Source of the DNA: Lama glama
Taxonomy: Eukaryota
Direction of reading: 5' to 3'
Length of the DNA stretch: 64,000 nucleotides
NCBI GenBank assembly: GCA_028534125.1
Contig: CM052817.1
Span: forward strand, 21,206,001-21,270,000
Both the position numbers and the translations under genes were made by a program. Below, in pieces: positions 51,228 through 64,000 of the stretch (positions are counted from its first letter, which is position 1; every line of letters starts with the position of its first letter). The notes under the pieces were generated by a model. The model did no database searches and was not told the origin of the DNA. It saw only the letters and a list, made by a program, of their open reading frames with translations.

Positions 51228-54200
51228 TGGACTTTGCTATAGTTTTTCATCCTTTGTAATAGTCTAGTCAATTCTTGGCCAGCAATGGCCATGGGACATA
51301 AACAGATAATGAATTTTATTCTCTCTTCCAAACTTAAGACCTACTTAGCATAGCCTTTCAATTTCCTGTTTTCATGGCTCATTTGTTTCACTCGGCAATA
51401 TATGTGTCATTTGCTATATGTCAGGTGTTAGGCAGGGTTCATATTAACTTGTACCCTCTGGTTAGCCCACATTTTTGTTTATAGAGGTAGCCTTGATTTT
51501 TCAGTGCCCAAAGTCCTGAGAGTTGACTAATATTTTGAGTATCATTTTTAGTGCCAGTCACCAGAAATGAAATCTTCATCTTCCTTTATGGAGTCAGGAA
51601 ATAATGTAAATTATAAGAGAAATATTTTTCTTGAAAGGGTAACTTAAAACTCAATTCACTATATCCTTTTACATATTTGCTTTAAAGAAAAGTCTTTTTC
51701 ATTATTATTAGTCATTTTTATGGATATATTTGTTAAAAATGGATCAATGATATAAAATTTTAATTTAAAATATAGAGATATTTATTTGCTCATTTAATAT
51801 AATTAATCTCATAACAAAATAAACTACCAGTGTGTGTATACATACATGTATATATCTTTATGTTTATAAATTTACATATTTACAAATAAACAATTAATTA
51901 CATAAAACCTATCAATACAGCTACACATAACTTACTTGTAGTCATTGTTAGTTTAACTAATTCAAGTTTTACATTTAGGAACTATTGTTAATAGTGTTAG
52001 TATTTAAAATAAAATAACTATGCATACTGGGAGATTTAGGAGATCATTCATTTATTTAATGACATTTTTGGCAGACAGGCTTTCTATTTCTCAGTCGTTT
52101 ACATCTTGCATTTCTGTTCTGTGAATACAATTCAGGGCTTTGGTGAATTGCTTGAACCTTTGAGAAGGTTCTGTATTAGGGTCAAAATAATTTTGTAACT
52201 ACTGACTTGGATTTTTCCTAGGGATTTAGAGAGATCATTTGCCATAGTTTTTTTTTTTTAATGAATACAAATTAAAATGATTTTTGGAAGACAAATTAAT
52301 TTTTTGCTAAAAGATGTTGTGATAGAAGATACTGGAAACATCTCACAGTGAGAAATACACCTGGGGCATGTTGTTTGAGAACATATTTTTTTGAAAGTGG
52401 GGCTGTGCCAGAAAATTCAGGATATGTAGTCAACAAATTAAGGATGACAGAGACACGAAAGTAAATCCAATGAATATAAAGCAGAGATGCTCATAACACC
52501 CAGCCATCCACAGACAGTTTACTGCATCTTTTTGTCTCAATGCTATATCTATAAACATTTCCATTATGGTAATTTATTTCAAAAGTTGATTATCTAGTCA
52601 ATGCTAGTTTTCAGACTCAGAATTGTACATATACTCTCAACTTTCAAACACCATAAGGAACATTTTTGTGACGTATAAATTTACAGTATAGTATATTATC
52701 ACAATTTCATTCAATAATCATGAGTTTCCAATATGCCTTTTTCTGTCTTGCTCAAAATTATTAAGTAGATTCAGATTCATCATGGTAAACAAATATTAGA
52801 AGTAGCAAGATCATCATACATGTTTCTCTAGATTCATGGGCACGTGGAAATCCGCAGAATTGCCCCAGAATCCAGGAATTCTTGAATATTTATTTTTAAT
52901 TTTCTAAAATTTTAATAAGTGAAGTATATATGCTTCTCCACATATCACTATATGTATCTTTGAACACCTGGCTGACTACCATCAAATATACAATAGGTTT
53001 TAATTTCTTTGCGTGTGTGTGTCTGTGTTTCTAATCAGTTTTTAAGTGTTTTTCTTTTGTTTCTAATCTCTAGCCAAGAAGTACTACTTACATTATCATG
53101 AGGTAATGAGAAAAAATTATTAACTTTATACTGCACAAAGGGATTCCTGCCAAGTGAAGGCCAAATATTGTCTTCGCACCTTGGAGAAATTCAGCTTTTT
53201 TCATAGTCTAAACAACAACAAAAAAAATTTAGCAATAACTAAGCCAGCACTTTACACACAGCAACATAAGAATGACCAGGCTAAACGAACCTAAGTCAAA
53301 GTGGTCACTACTGTATTCATATTTTGAGTAGTAATTCATTTCAGCAAAACAGTACATTAATAAAATAGTTTCAAACTATATTTCATTGGTTTTACGGTGC
53401 TGTTCATTTTTAATTTGAAAACTGCATTTGTTTGGTTGTTGAATAAATGGTATAAGCATTAAAAGTTTATTTCTCCTTTTATATGTATATATTTAAGTAA
53501 TATTGCAGTAAATGCTCCTACCTGAACATCCAGGAAATATATTTTGATTTAAAAGTTAGCAAATAATAAGCAAATGTAGAAAAATATTCTGTACATCAAA
53601 AGGAACGGAGAAAATTGTAACATTTTAATATAATAGAAGCATTTGCTGTGATGTATTTATATACTTAATGTTAGGTATTTGATTAGCTTTCTATAAAAAT
53701 ATAGAAATGACAGTGTTGGAAAATTTACTGTAGGCTGAATTTTCTACATATTAAAATAGAAACTATTCTATAACTCTTTTCTTTAAAAATTTATATTAAA
53801 CACTTTTCAGTGTAAGTCAGCCTTCCTCTAAAAGTATTAGTTTACAGAATTATAGTATATAAAGGATACATCTTACTATAAAGAAATAAAAATATTTTAG
53901 AAATAGTGACATTTAATTTAACCCTGTTAAACTGATCAAATATCATATTGAAATGGAAGTTCTTATGAAATCTGAACAAAAGTGTTGATCTGGGAGCTTA
54001 ATTTTTTATATATTATATTTAATTTCTGTAGTCTATTGAAAACTCAGAGCTAGTGAAAATGAAAAGTACTGAGATTCAAGTAAAAATTTTCCTGACTTCA
54101 GGCAAATAGAGTTTATTTTAATGAAATTAATTCAATGAAAATAGGGTAAATGTTTCTGTTTTACAGGAAGAGCTACAGAATTAGTATGTTTTCCCAGGCC

Positions 54201-56954
54201 TGATAAACGACTTACGGATTGAATAGGTTTGCTAAAAACTCACACTATCACTCTATTAAATATTATTGACGAAGTTAAAAGTAAAAGACCATCTATTCTA
54301 AATTAATGCAGATATCTGGGGAAAACAGCCAACCAAACAAATAAGCAAATGTTTCAAACCACTTCTGGAATACTTACTTCATCCTATACAAGAGAGGCAG
54401 GTCAATCCTAATGCATAGAGTAAAACAGTTTAAAATAAATGAGAACATGGTTGTGAAAACTATCATTTGACTATGAAAGGAAAATTTCTGTCTGTGAGGT
54501 AGAATGGTAGTGAAGCACGAAAAGGATTAACAGATGGTCTGGTTCTCAGACATGAGGAGACCCTGTCCATGCTGCCTGGTGGTTTTACTGGAACTAAAGC
54601 CAGTGGGGCCCAAAACAAGAAGACCTGTGCACCCTGGAAAAGGGGGCATGAAATGAAAAGAAAATACCTGAAAATGAGCATCTCTGTGGGCATATTTTAT
54701 TAGCAGCTTTAAATTGTTTCTTTACCAAATATTACATGGTAATAAATTAAGTGACAATATCAAGGGTAAAAGTTTTATTTTCCCACAGAATTTGACAGGA
54801 TACAGGGAAGCCGCGGGAACACGAGCAAATCAGAACTGCTTACAGGTAGCTGGTTGTTATCATGAAAACAAAGAGAAACTTCTTCTGGTTTTGTTAGAAC
54901 AACCTCTATGATTCATCCCAAGTCCTTTCTTTCACATGAAATATCTTAAATGTGTGGATATGTGTGTCTGTAAATACAGTCTAGGCAACAGCACATGCAC
55001 GTACATAGACTGAATATGGCCATACGGTAGCTGTTTGCAAATTTTTGCCAGCATAGGATAAGTGTTTAATAATGTGTGTTGCTTATTTAAAGCCTGTTAA
55101 TAAAAAATGTATTTTTGTCTTCACATATTCCGAGTTAAATAATAAAGGTACATGCCAATTTGGAAATAACTCATCATTTCTGCCATCCTCTAATGCAATA
55201 TTTTAGAATGCTGTATATCTTTTGTTCTAAGTTGAAATTAGAAAAACAACCACAAAATAGACACGAAAGACAAAAGGTCGCACAACACCCATGACATGCG
55301 TTAGGCTTTCGCTGAGCTACGAGACGAGTCGTCCCAGTGATGCTACAGATGCCTTTTTGGAAGGTGGCTGATGCTGCCAAGTGTAGCAGTTGAGAAATCT
55401 ATGTAATCTTGTTTGATGCTGAATCCGAAAGCAAAGTACTGATTTCATTGCTCAGAGCAGGAATGTTACATGAATAGGAGATTTCTATTTCTAGATATGT
55501 CTTGGGGAACTTTTGAGAGAATGCTCAAATATGATAAAGAAAATCTACTTAAATGAAAATACTTTACACTATAATCTCTAAATTAGCATTTACAAAATTT
55601 AATCAGAGTTGGAGAATGAAAAATTATTCTGGAAGTCTAGTTTGTCACTCAAAAGCAAGACCTTAAGAGAGTGACATATAAAGTTCTTAGACATTTTATT
55701 GAAGCTTCTGAGGGAAATGCGTTGTGAGAACCTGTCATGAATTATCTGAGCATAAAGGTGATCCAGATCGAAATCTAATAAAGAAAACTAAAGTTTAAGA
55801 GAGGAAATCAATGGTACTTTTAATTGTATGAATTAAGACCATTCATATGTGGTTCTATGAAATGCATTTTTAAAAGATACAGATTTTATAAAATGAAAAA
55901 TAAAGACATGCACTTCTCTATCAAATTATAAGAAGGGCACTTCCAGAAACACACAAAAAATGGAAAAAACATGGTCTGTATATTTTTCTACAGGGCCTGC
56001 TGCTACCGTAAATCTCAAATTGTTTTCTTTTTCTCATTCCTCACTGTCTTGTCTATGAGGATGTATCAATATCCAAAATATCTGCAAAACTTTAAAAAAT
56101 ACAATAAATTAAGGGTATCATTTAACAGCAAAGGCAAATGATCAATGTAGACAAACATGAAAAAACATCAAGGTTAGGAAAAGATTACTGTATATTTCAC
56201 AGTGTCAAACATACAGTCAGTTCAATAAATAATACAAACAAATGTGAACTCTACAATGTCAACTAGAGATGGAGGCTGGGGATATTACAAACTGACATTA
56301 CTGTAATTAAGGAATGAAAAAAAATAGCACCATTTCAGGACATAACAAAGTACACCATCTGGGCCTGCCAACTATAAATATTAAATATGGAAAAAGAAAG
56401 GACAAACAGCTAATATAAGCATCGAGTCATTTTGCAAATTCATAAAGAATCAAAGAAAATCAAAGAATCATTATAGCCTCTAAATGCTTCTAAGGGTAAT
56501 TTGTTGATAAAAGGAGTTGGCATCACTTCATAATTTACAAAGGGAGATAGAAGACAGATGTCAGAAGCAGATGTACACGTCCCAGAAAGAGGAAGAAGGA
56601 ACACTGAAGCAAATCGGGATCATCTGCAAAATAAAGATCAAATAAACTTGAAAAAAAGTGAAGACTGAAAACGCACTAATTTTATAGAGTTGACTTAGAC
56701 ACCCTATCAAATTGATGCATATTACTGGGCCATAACCTTTCAAATTTGGAAGTTGCACCGATTGAATAGATAAGTGATTGCCCTCCTACTCCATGCGTAC
56801 CACTGAGCCAGGCCAGGAGGATACCTCAAGATGAAGAAGACAATTAGTCACAGAGACCTCAAGGGAGGATCATCCACAAAGAGTATGGGTGCTCACACAA
56901 GTCAGAGAACGCTGATAAATGCTTCATGTGGTGGTCAAGAAAGAGTGATTCTTG

Positions 56955-57115
56955 TATGCATCCATCAATCATCTATTAACCCAACCCTTTATCCACCATC
57001 CAGCCACCTACAAATAACTGAAGGCCTATTCTAATTATAATCTCAGACACAATAGAGTTGAGGGCATTTTAGAGGGCAAACAAATATAATAAAAGAATAA
57101 TTAATTTCAAGTAAG
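56955..57115 (-). mobile_element. L2 3' fragment
   Basis: Degenerate (CCAT)-like tail followed by 'acaaataactgaaggcctatt'. Confidence 0.4.
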
Positions 57116-60100
57116 AGCTCTTTATTGGACTGGAACAGACATTGGATTTGAGTTATTCTTTATTTAAATGCATGAATGCAAATTCTACTTGTCAAATTGT
57201 TTCCTAAGTACTTCAAAGTAAGAGTATGATGAGAGCAACAGTACTTTCCATTGGCCTGATTATCCCTTCTATAGATATCTGCACACATATATATATACTA
57301 TACTTATACACCTATGTGTAATATAGACATCCACATACATACACATCTTTATTCTTAGATTCAGCAATAGAATTGGTCATACACACATGCATATGAAAAT
57401 GATTTTCAGCTGAAAACGTATTTGTGACCCAGCAGTGAAGCTGATCACAGCCTAAATCTATAGGTAAAGTGATCTCTATACTTAAAGAATTATTTTGCCT
57501 TTGCACCTCATTGTCTTCTATCACTTACTAAAAGAAGATAAATAATGCGACTGAAAACATTTTTAACAACTGGTAATATCGATCACAAATGCCCTTTCTC
57601 CTTCTTCTTATTGACCCCAATGATCTTTATCTTTTAGGACCAGCTGTTCGAGTCCAATCTTTTCCACTTAGTCCTTCCTAGAAAGACAGCTTCAACAGAT
57701 CCTCCTACCCTTTTGCACTTGCAAAGTATTTAATGTCAATTTAGTCCTTGATAAACTAACATTATGAAAAAGCAAAGTGGCTTAAAAGAAAAAAACTGCA
57801 TTAAAAAAGTTGATTCTATTTAGTAAATGTGTTTTTAGTTTACTGCCCAATTGATTTATTTTGTACAGGCAGAAGTTTATTTGATGCATACATCAAACCA
57901 TACTTAATAGAATCCCAAACAACTATGGGTTATTACCCATTTACATAATCTATAAATACACATACTTCCAAATCTCTGGCTTTATTGAGCTATTACTACT
58001 TGAAGAATATTGAATTAAGCAGTGTAACTACCAAGTTTATAACAGCATGAGCTCAGTGCTGGCAAGTTATGAGTTACACTTTTATGGGCTTTCTGTGGAA
58101 TGACTAGATGCCAAGCCACCATATACATATTGTTGATCTCAAAAGAACCAGCTGAAAATAGAAAGGCTTCCTGCAAATCTACATTAGTATGTGCAAACTG
58201 TGATATGTGTGTGTATACACCACACATCGTGTTTTGCCAGGAACAGTACTGGTTTATGCCTACTGCCTTGGTGTGTTTACTAAAGTACCTCCTTCGACAT
58301 ACATATAGGTATATATATATATACACACACACACATATAAATAAATGAACAAATGAAATAGCTCATGTATTTTATCACTTCCTTCTCTGATGCTACTCCT
58401 TTTTGTGTGTGTTATATTTTTATATGAAGATGTGCACATTTGCACATATGCATGCTCATAATGCACAGACATATATGTACATAAACTTATGCACTCATAT
58501 ATACTAATGGCCTTTTCTTTACCTCATAATAGTTCATGGGTGTAGTTTTTGGCACAGGAGTGGTACAGCTAGGAACTAGATTTTTTTTTCCTCTGATTGT
58601 ATATGCAACATTAGCCACTATTGTCAAAAACATTTGTTTCTGTCTTCAGCTGAAAATTCTGTTTAAACAGGATAGTGACATGCACGAGATAGAGATGTCT
58701 GGAAGTGATAAATCTATTCTTGCTTGGTGAAATCACGCAGCTGATTAACAGTAACAGCTACAAGTTGGAACCCTGCCTTGAGAATGTTTCTGGGGCTGCT
58801 AGATGGGACTGGAAGTCTACCTCCCTAAGAGGAGTAGAGGATATTTGTAAATGTATTCTGTGTACCTCAAGTAAGATTTAGCTTAAGAGTCTTCAAGTGA
58901 TGCATTAAAGCTATGGTGTTGGAGAATCAACTACAACATTACTTTTAAGACAAAGTCACTTTTCCCAGACACTTAAATGTGTTAGGTGTCACTGGGTGCT
59001 ACATCAGTAATCTGGGAGAGTAAAAGCAAGAATTATTTGTGAAACATGTTAAGGATCATTTCCTTCCCATTTGGAATCAAAGGGAGTAATGAGAAAAAAA
59101 AGTAAAGTTCTAGGAAACAAGTTGCTGTGGCTAGAGCAGCAATAGTAAGTTTATTATAAGATTTTACTGATCGCCCAGTTATTCAACCTAGATGAGCATC
59201 TGACCTAATTAGTTTTTCTTTCTCTACAACTATTTAAACATCAGACATGCCTCCATTGCCCCACATGTATCAATTCAAGGCTCCTGTTCTCACCTGCTAA
59301 CACCAGTCTCATCAACTTTCCTCCAAATACTTTCATCTCCACCACTATTACTGATTCTGTCCCCAGAAGGAAGTCTAAAACGCAGGAAATTGCTACTCTC
59401 ATTGCTTGACAGGCAAAGTTGTGAGATAAAGAAGCCAACTGCCTGTTTCCTAACCCAAAAGGAGAAGTGGAGGAGTGGGAGAGGGTAGTGGTGATAAGGT
59501 GTGGGCATCATAATTCAAACTATTTTAGAAAAGTTATTATTTATATTTATCACCATCAGTTTCAAGCTTCAAACTACATAATGCGTTTAAAATGCTTTTG
59601 CCAGAAGGAATTGGAATTCAAACTCCATGAAAAGTCAGATGACATGATTGTCAACGAAGAGAACTGTGAGGAACACACAGACCCACAAAAGAAACAAAGA
59701 GTTGGTGATTAAGATGGTCCTTAAGGAGATGTAAGGATTTTGTGGGTTTGTACATGTACATTATTTTTTCTGAATGGTATAATCAATTTGGAGATTATCC
59801 CTCCATCCTTCCAATACAGCATGCTCTAAGTCTGGAATATGATGTGGAAGGTACCTCAAGATGTGAGCAGTAAACATCCATACTTGAAGTTGAAGCCCTT
59901 GTCTCTTACTTCGTTCTGATCCTATGGCAAGATGTGTCTCTAACAATCAGTGGATATATTCCTAGATTGGCCTTTGCTTAAACTGCAAAACCTAGTAATA
60001 TTTAATGCTTCAATAATGTAGTTTCAGAGTAACAACTTATGAATGACAACATGATTGCTCATATACATAATTCTTTAATATGATTTAGTTGACATAAACA

Positions 60101-61899
60101 CAGTGCACCACAGGAATGAAAATAATTGACAAGTCATTTTCAAAATGAGAACTATTATGTTGAGTTGGATGTCCATTAAAAGTTTATTCTAAATTCAAAG
60201 GCTTGGTAGTGAAAATTGCTTCAAGAATTTAAGAAGTCATTTCATTTCTGCATGTATTTGCAAATGTAACTACTTTATGAAACTTTTTCTATGTTTGTTA
60301 ATGGAAACTTTTGTATTTCATATATTCTAAATGCTCAAAAGATTTTAGTCTTTGTTTCTTTGAAAGACAAGCCAATTAAAATTAACAGTAAATTCATAAT
60401 CTGTTTTAAAAAAAAAGCAAGTACTTGGCAAATAGTAAGCTCCCAATAAATAGTAGGTTACTGAAAGAATTAATTTTACATTAAGCCTATTTTTGTTCAG
60501 TTTCTCAAACTACTTAATCATGATATCAATTACATAATTACACCATCAATCAAAATTTTGGTGGTCTTAAACTTGTATGCATAACAATACAATGATTACC
60601 CCCAAATTTAAACTCTGCTTCCTAAAGTTCCTAAAGTTCCACACAATCCCATCCCCATTAAGGAAAGTAGTGTGTTTATTATTTTATCAATTACAGGTCA
60701 GAATATATTTTGCTTGTTTGTTTCCTAAAACCACACGTATTCTCAAAGGAAGACCTGGATTGTAACATGCTCAAGGTATTTGAAGAATAAGTTTTGAAAG
60801 CTTTGCCATCACTGCATATAATCAAGAGACTATACCAGAGTTCTGTGGACAATTCCCAATGAGAATTCCCAAATGTCCTGAACACCACTGCATCATCATA
60901 ATTAGCATTTCATCTCACAGTAAAGAGACCGTATCATGTATTCGGATGTGTGTGATTCACACCCTCAGAGTTGGAGGAAGGACTGACCGAAACAGAAGCT
61001 AGTTGAGTGAATCATTCGGGAATAGGGTTCTGAAGAGTGGAAGTTTGGATAATCAAGACCCTGAGCAACCAAGATTCTAAGCCAAGATCCTGGTAACCAA
61101 GATCCCGAGCCAGGAAAACATCTGTATCAGAAAGCTGAATTCCAAAAAATTTTGAAAAGTACTAGTTGATTATTAATCGACCGTAGTGCACAAAGACTGA
61201 AAAACCCATAGATATGAACTTGAGAATATGTGGTTCAAAAATGCACACAGATTTAGGGGCTGGCTTCTGAAAAATTTAGGTAATGACTCTTTTCCCTTTA
61301 ATGCTTTCAGTGAAATATCCAATATTTTAATACTAATCCTCCAAAAGTATGTTTTCTTTTAATTTATGTACATGGAATAGGTCTTTAATTCATAACTCGG
61401 CAACATATTGCTTTCTCTTCAAAATTCTGTAAAAGGGAAGAAAATATAAACTATTGTTAACAATATGATGCTTTCGAAACCTTTAAATTGGCTTTCCCAA
61501 ATATAATCACCAGATGTCTTTTCAAATGAAGTACTTCATATACTTATCTTATTAAATAAAAATTACTGAACTTAAACGTTGGTAACAACAACAGTTGAAA
61601 AATAAGTATAATTTGAAATGAGAGATTTTTGATGTTTATTTTTTTACTTTTCCTAACATATAGTCATGTAATTATCTATAAAGGAGTAAAATAACTAAAA
61701 AGTGACAATCTCAAAATATTTTGATTTTAATGTATGAAATATTTATTTAATAGACGAAAGTACAAAACTTTTAATATCACCTAGTTCAAAGATTAAACTA
61801 CCACCTAATTTGAAAAACCTTTTACTGTGCTCTTTGCACATTTTTTGGAAAAAAAAAATTTGAGAATTCAATCCTTGCGTACTTGCTTCTCCTTTTTTG

Positions 61900-62780
61900 A
61901 AATCATCGTAGCTATTTGGTTTTGTTTTGGCTGGTTTAGATTTTTATTTATTTATTTTGGTATCACATTTCCAGCATTCTATTTTTAATTTTTTATTGCA
62001 TATTTCTATTTTTTATTCCTTGTCTTCCTTGACTTTTATTAATCAATTATTTGTTACCCACTTTTTAAAAAAATGCATATTTCTACGGTATTTGTTTAAC
62101 AACCTCTTTAACATGTGCACTGATTTCACAAAGGCCTAATATAGATAATATTTCTTACTTCCCTTTGAAAAAATTCACAGAAATTTTAAAATGCTTCAAG
62201 ACAACTTCCTTCCTTCCAGCTATGCTACCTAGAATTTGAAGTTCATTTTGTTTTCAACTTTAAATTGAAATTTTTATTTAACCAATGATTAATTATATTT
62301 ACCAAAAATTTACCACATTTATTTTTGCTAAACTTGCTACATGCATCTCAACCTTTCCTCCTAGATACTTTTTTAATTCATTTTGTGACAACTCATGGGT
62401 GCTACCCACTCTTTAAGATGTCTGTGTATTTCCTTCATTCATGTATGTTAACTGATCTGGGTATAGAATTCTAGTTCAACAAATATCTTCTTCAAATTTT
62501 TTTATGAGAATTCTGCTGACAATCTAATTAGCATGCTTTGTACGTAATCCAATTATTATCTCCGGTTACTTTTATCTCTGTGTCCTTGATAGTATGTGAT
62601 TATCTCTGTCTTTGATGACATGAATTTTGTTTTTTAAAAATATCTCGCTTTAGATTCAGCATGCATCCTCTGTATGAAGACTTATATCTTTCTTCAAATC
62701 TAGATAATTATAAACCTTTATGACTTCTAATAATGCTTTTCTTTATTCCACCCTTCTGGCATTCAGCAAATCAATTCCTT
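61900..62780 (-). mobile_element. Ancient L1 ORF1-region (L1ME/HAL1-like) fragment
   Basis: T-rich; 'ctgggtatagaattctagtt', 'tgagaattctgctgacaatctaatt', 'tctttcttcaaatctagataatt' resemble antisense L1 ORF1. Confidence 0.7.
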
Positions 62781-64000
62781 AGAGGCACTCAGTTTCATGG
62801 AAGGAATCCAAACTGGGACTCTGCCTTGACTGTGCTTGAGATAATTTCTCCTGCCCTCACCATCATAAAATTTCAGCTTTCAATTCAGATATCACAGCTT
62901 TAATGTATTGTTATCACCCAAGTTCCTTCTGATACTGTTTTATTTTTAGAATTAAAGTCATTTTGCCCCTATTGCATTTCTAATATTTTTGGTGAGAATA
63001 AGACCAAGTACAGTCAACTCCTTTTGCCATATACCATATTTATTCATGTGCTTTTCTAAAATATACATTTCTAAAAGATAGAAGATATTTAGATTCCTTT
63101 CAAATGAAAAAAGTAAGACCAAAAGTCAACACATATAGAACCTGGGAATTTATTACTTTTTTCCATACGGCTTATTTTCAGCTCAGGTAAGTTTAAAGAT
63201 TTGTTGGCTTTTCTCTCTAGTATCCCCAGCAGGTTGACTGTGTCTTTTTTCTTTTTAAATACCCTTTAACCCAACTGTTTAGGAAGGACAAGGCAAGTCC
63301 TTAAAATTCTGCCTATGTTCTCCGGAAATGTCATTCGTTTGGCAGGGCTCCCAACGTGCAGCACAGCTTGATCCCATGAACTGTCCCCTAAACAGCCAGG
63401 CTAGACACTGGGAAGCTCTTTCAATGACAGTCATTCATTTATCTGAACTTATTCTGAACTTAGAGAAGATGCTGTGTGGGTTTTTTTGTTTGTTTGTTTC
63501 ATTTTGTTTTGCTTTGCTTTTTTTTTTAATGTACTCTGAGAGGCACATTCTGGTATCTCTCTGACCCATCAGTATTTCTTCTCTAAAAGTTGTTTTGTAA
63601 AAGAGAATGATTTTAAGGGGATCCCTTTTCTTTATATCTCAGTGGGAGCTCTGAGATGTCTGAATGAAAAAGACTTTAAAACATTTTTGGCAGTACCTTT
63701 GTTTTAGAGTTGGCATTTGGCTTTGTTTAATCAGAAGATAGAACTTAAAGTTCACTCTTATTTAACTTTGATTTAGAAAAAAGGGACAAAAGCAGAAATG
63801 ACATGGTGGAAATTTTAATGTTACGATTTTACATAGAAAGATTCTGAGATCTTTTTAATTATTACATGAGAAGTTTTTCAAATCAAAAACCCCACAATTA
63901 TGGATTATAAGAAGATGTGTTGCACCTATGTTAATCAATATGATATTATGAACTTAATTTGCTTATACATTTTCTTACTAAAAAATTATATAGAAAAAAT

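Noticed and set aside
52330..52436. Possible hAT-Blackjack terminal fragment ('gggctgtgccagaaaattcaggatatgtagtcaac')
   Set aside because: Only one short degenerate end is recognisable, with no partner TIR or TSD
55174..55380. Cys-rich 68-aa minus-strand ORF
   Set aside because: Non-ATG start, no recognisable domain spacing, no convincing splice signals
58015..58500. Overlapping 70-105 aa ORFs
   Set aside because: Driven by TA/CA/TG low-complexity sequence, with no recognisable protein features

Overview
AT-rich, CpG-depleted mammalian DNA, either intergenic or deep inside a long intron. It is most likely from a camelid, judged from a tRNA-Ala-derived vic-1-type SINE at 23717-23976. I find no intact protein-coding gene, functional RNA gene, CRISPR array or prokaryotic-type system. 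The ORFs in the track are L1 remnants, microsatellite read-through, N-gap artefacts or chance. The first ~38 kb is dense in retroelements: old L1 fragments, two ERV1-type solo LTRs, a young L1 3' end beside a 500-N gap, a Tigger1-derived element, a near full-length decayed L1MA9-like copy with two nested insertions, a 5'-inverted L1, and L2/MIR/L3/MLT/LTR16 relics. The last ~25 kb is mostly unique sequence. It holds an ERVL gag/pol remnant and a few unverified splice-like signals, the best being a 41-nt candidate exon whose GTAAGT donor forms the loop of a hairpin. Family names come from recalled consensus motifs, not a database search, and the boundaries of old repeats are approximate. I cannot support a claim of a new biological system here.
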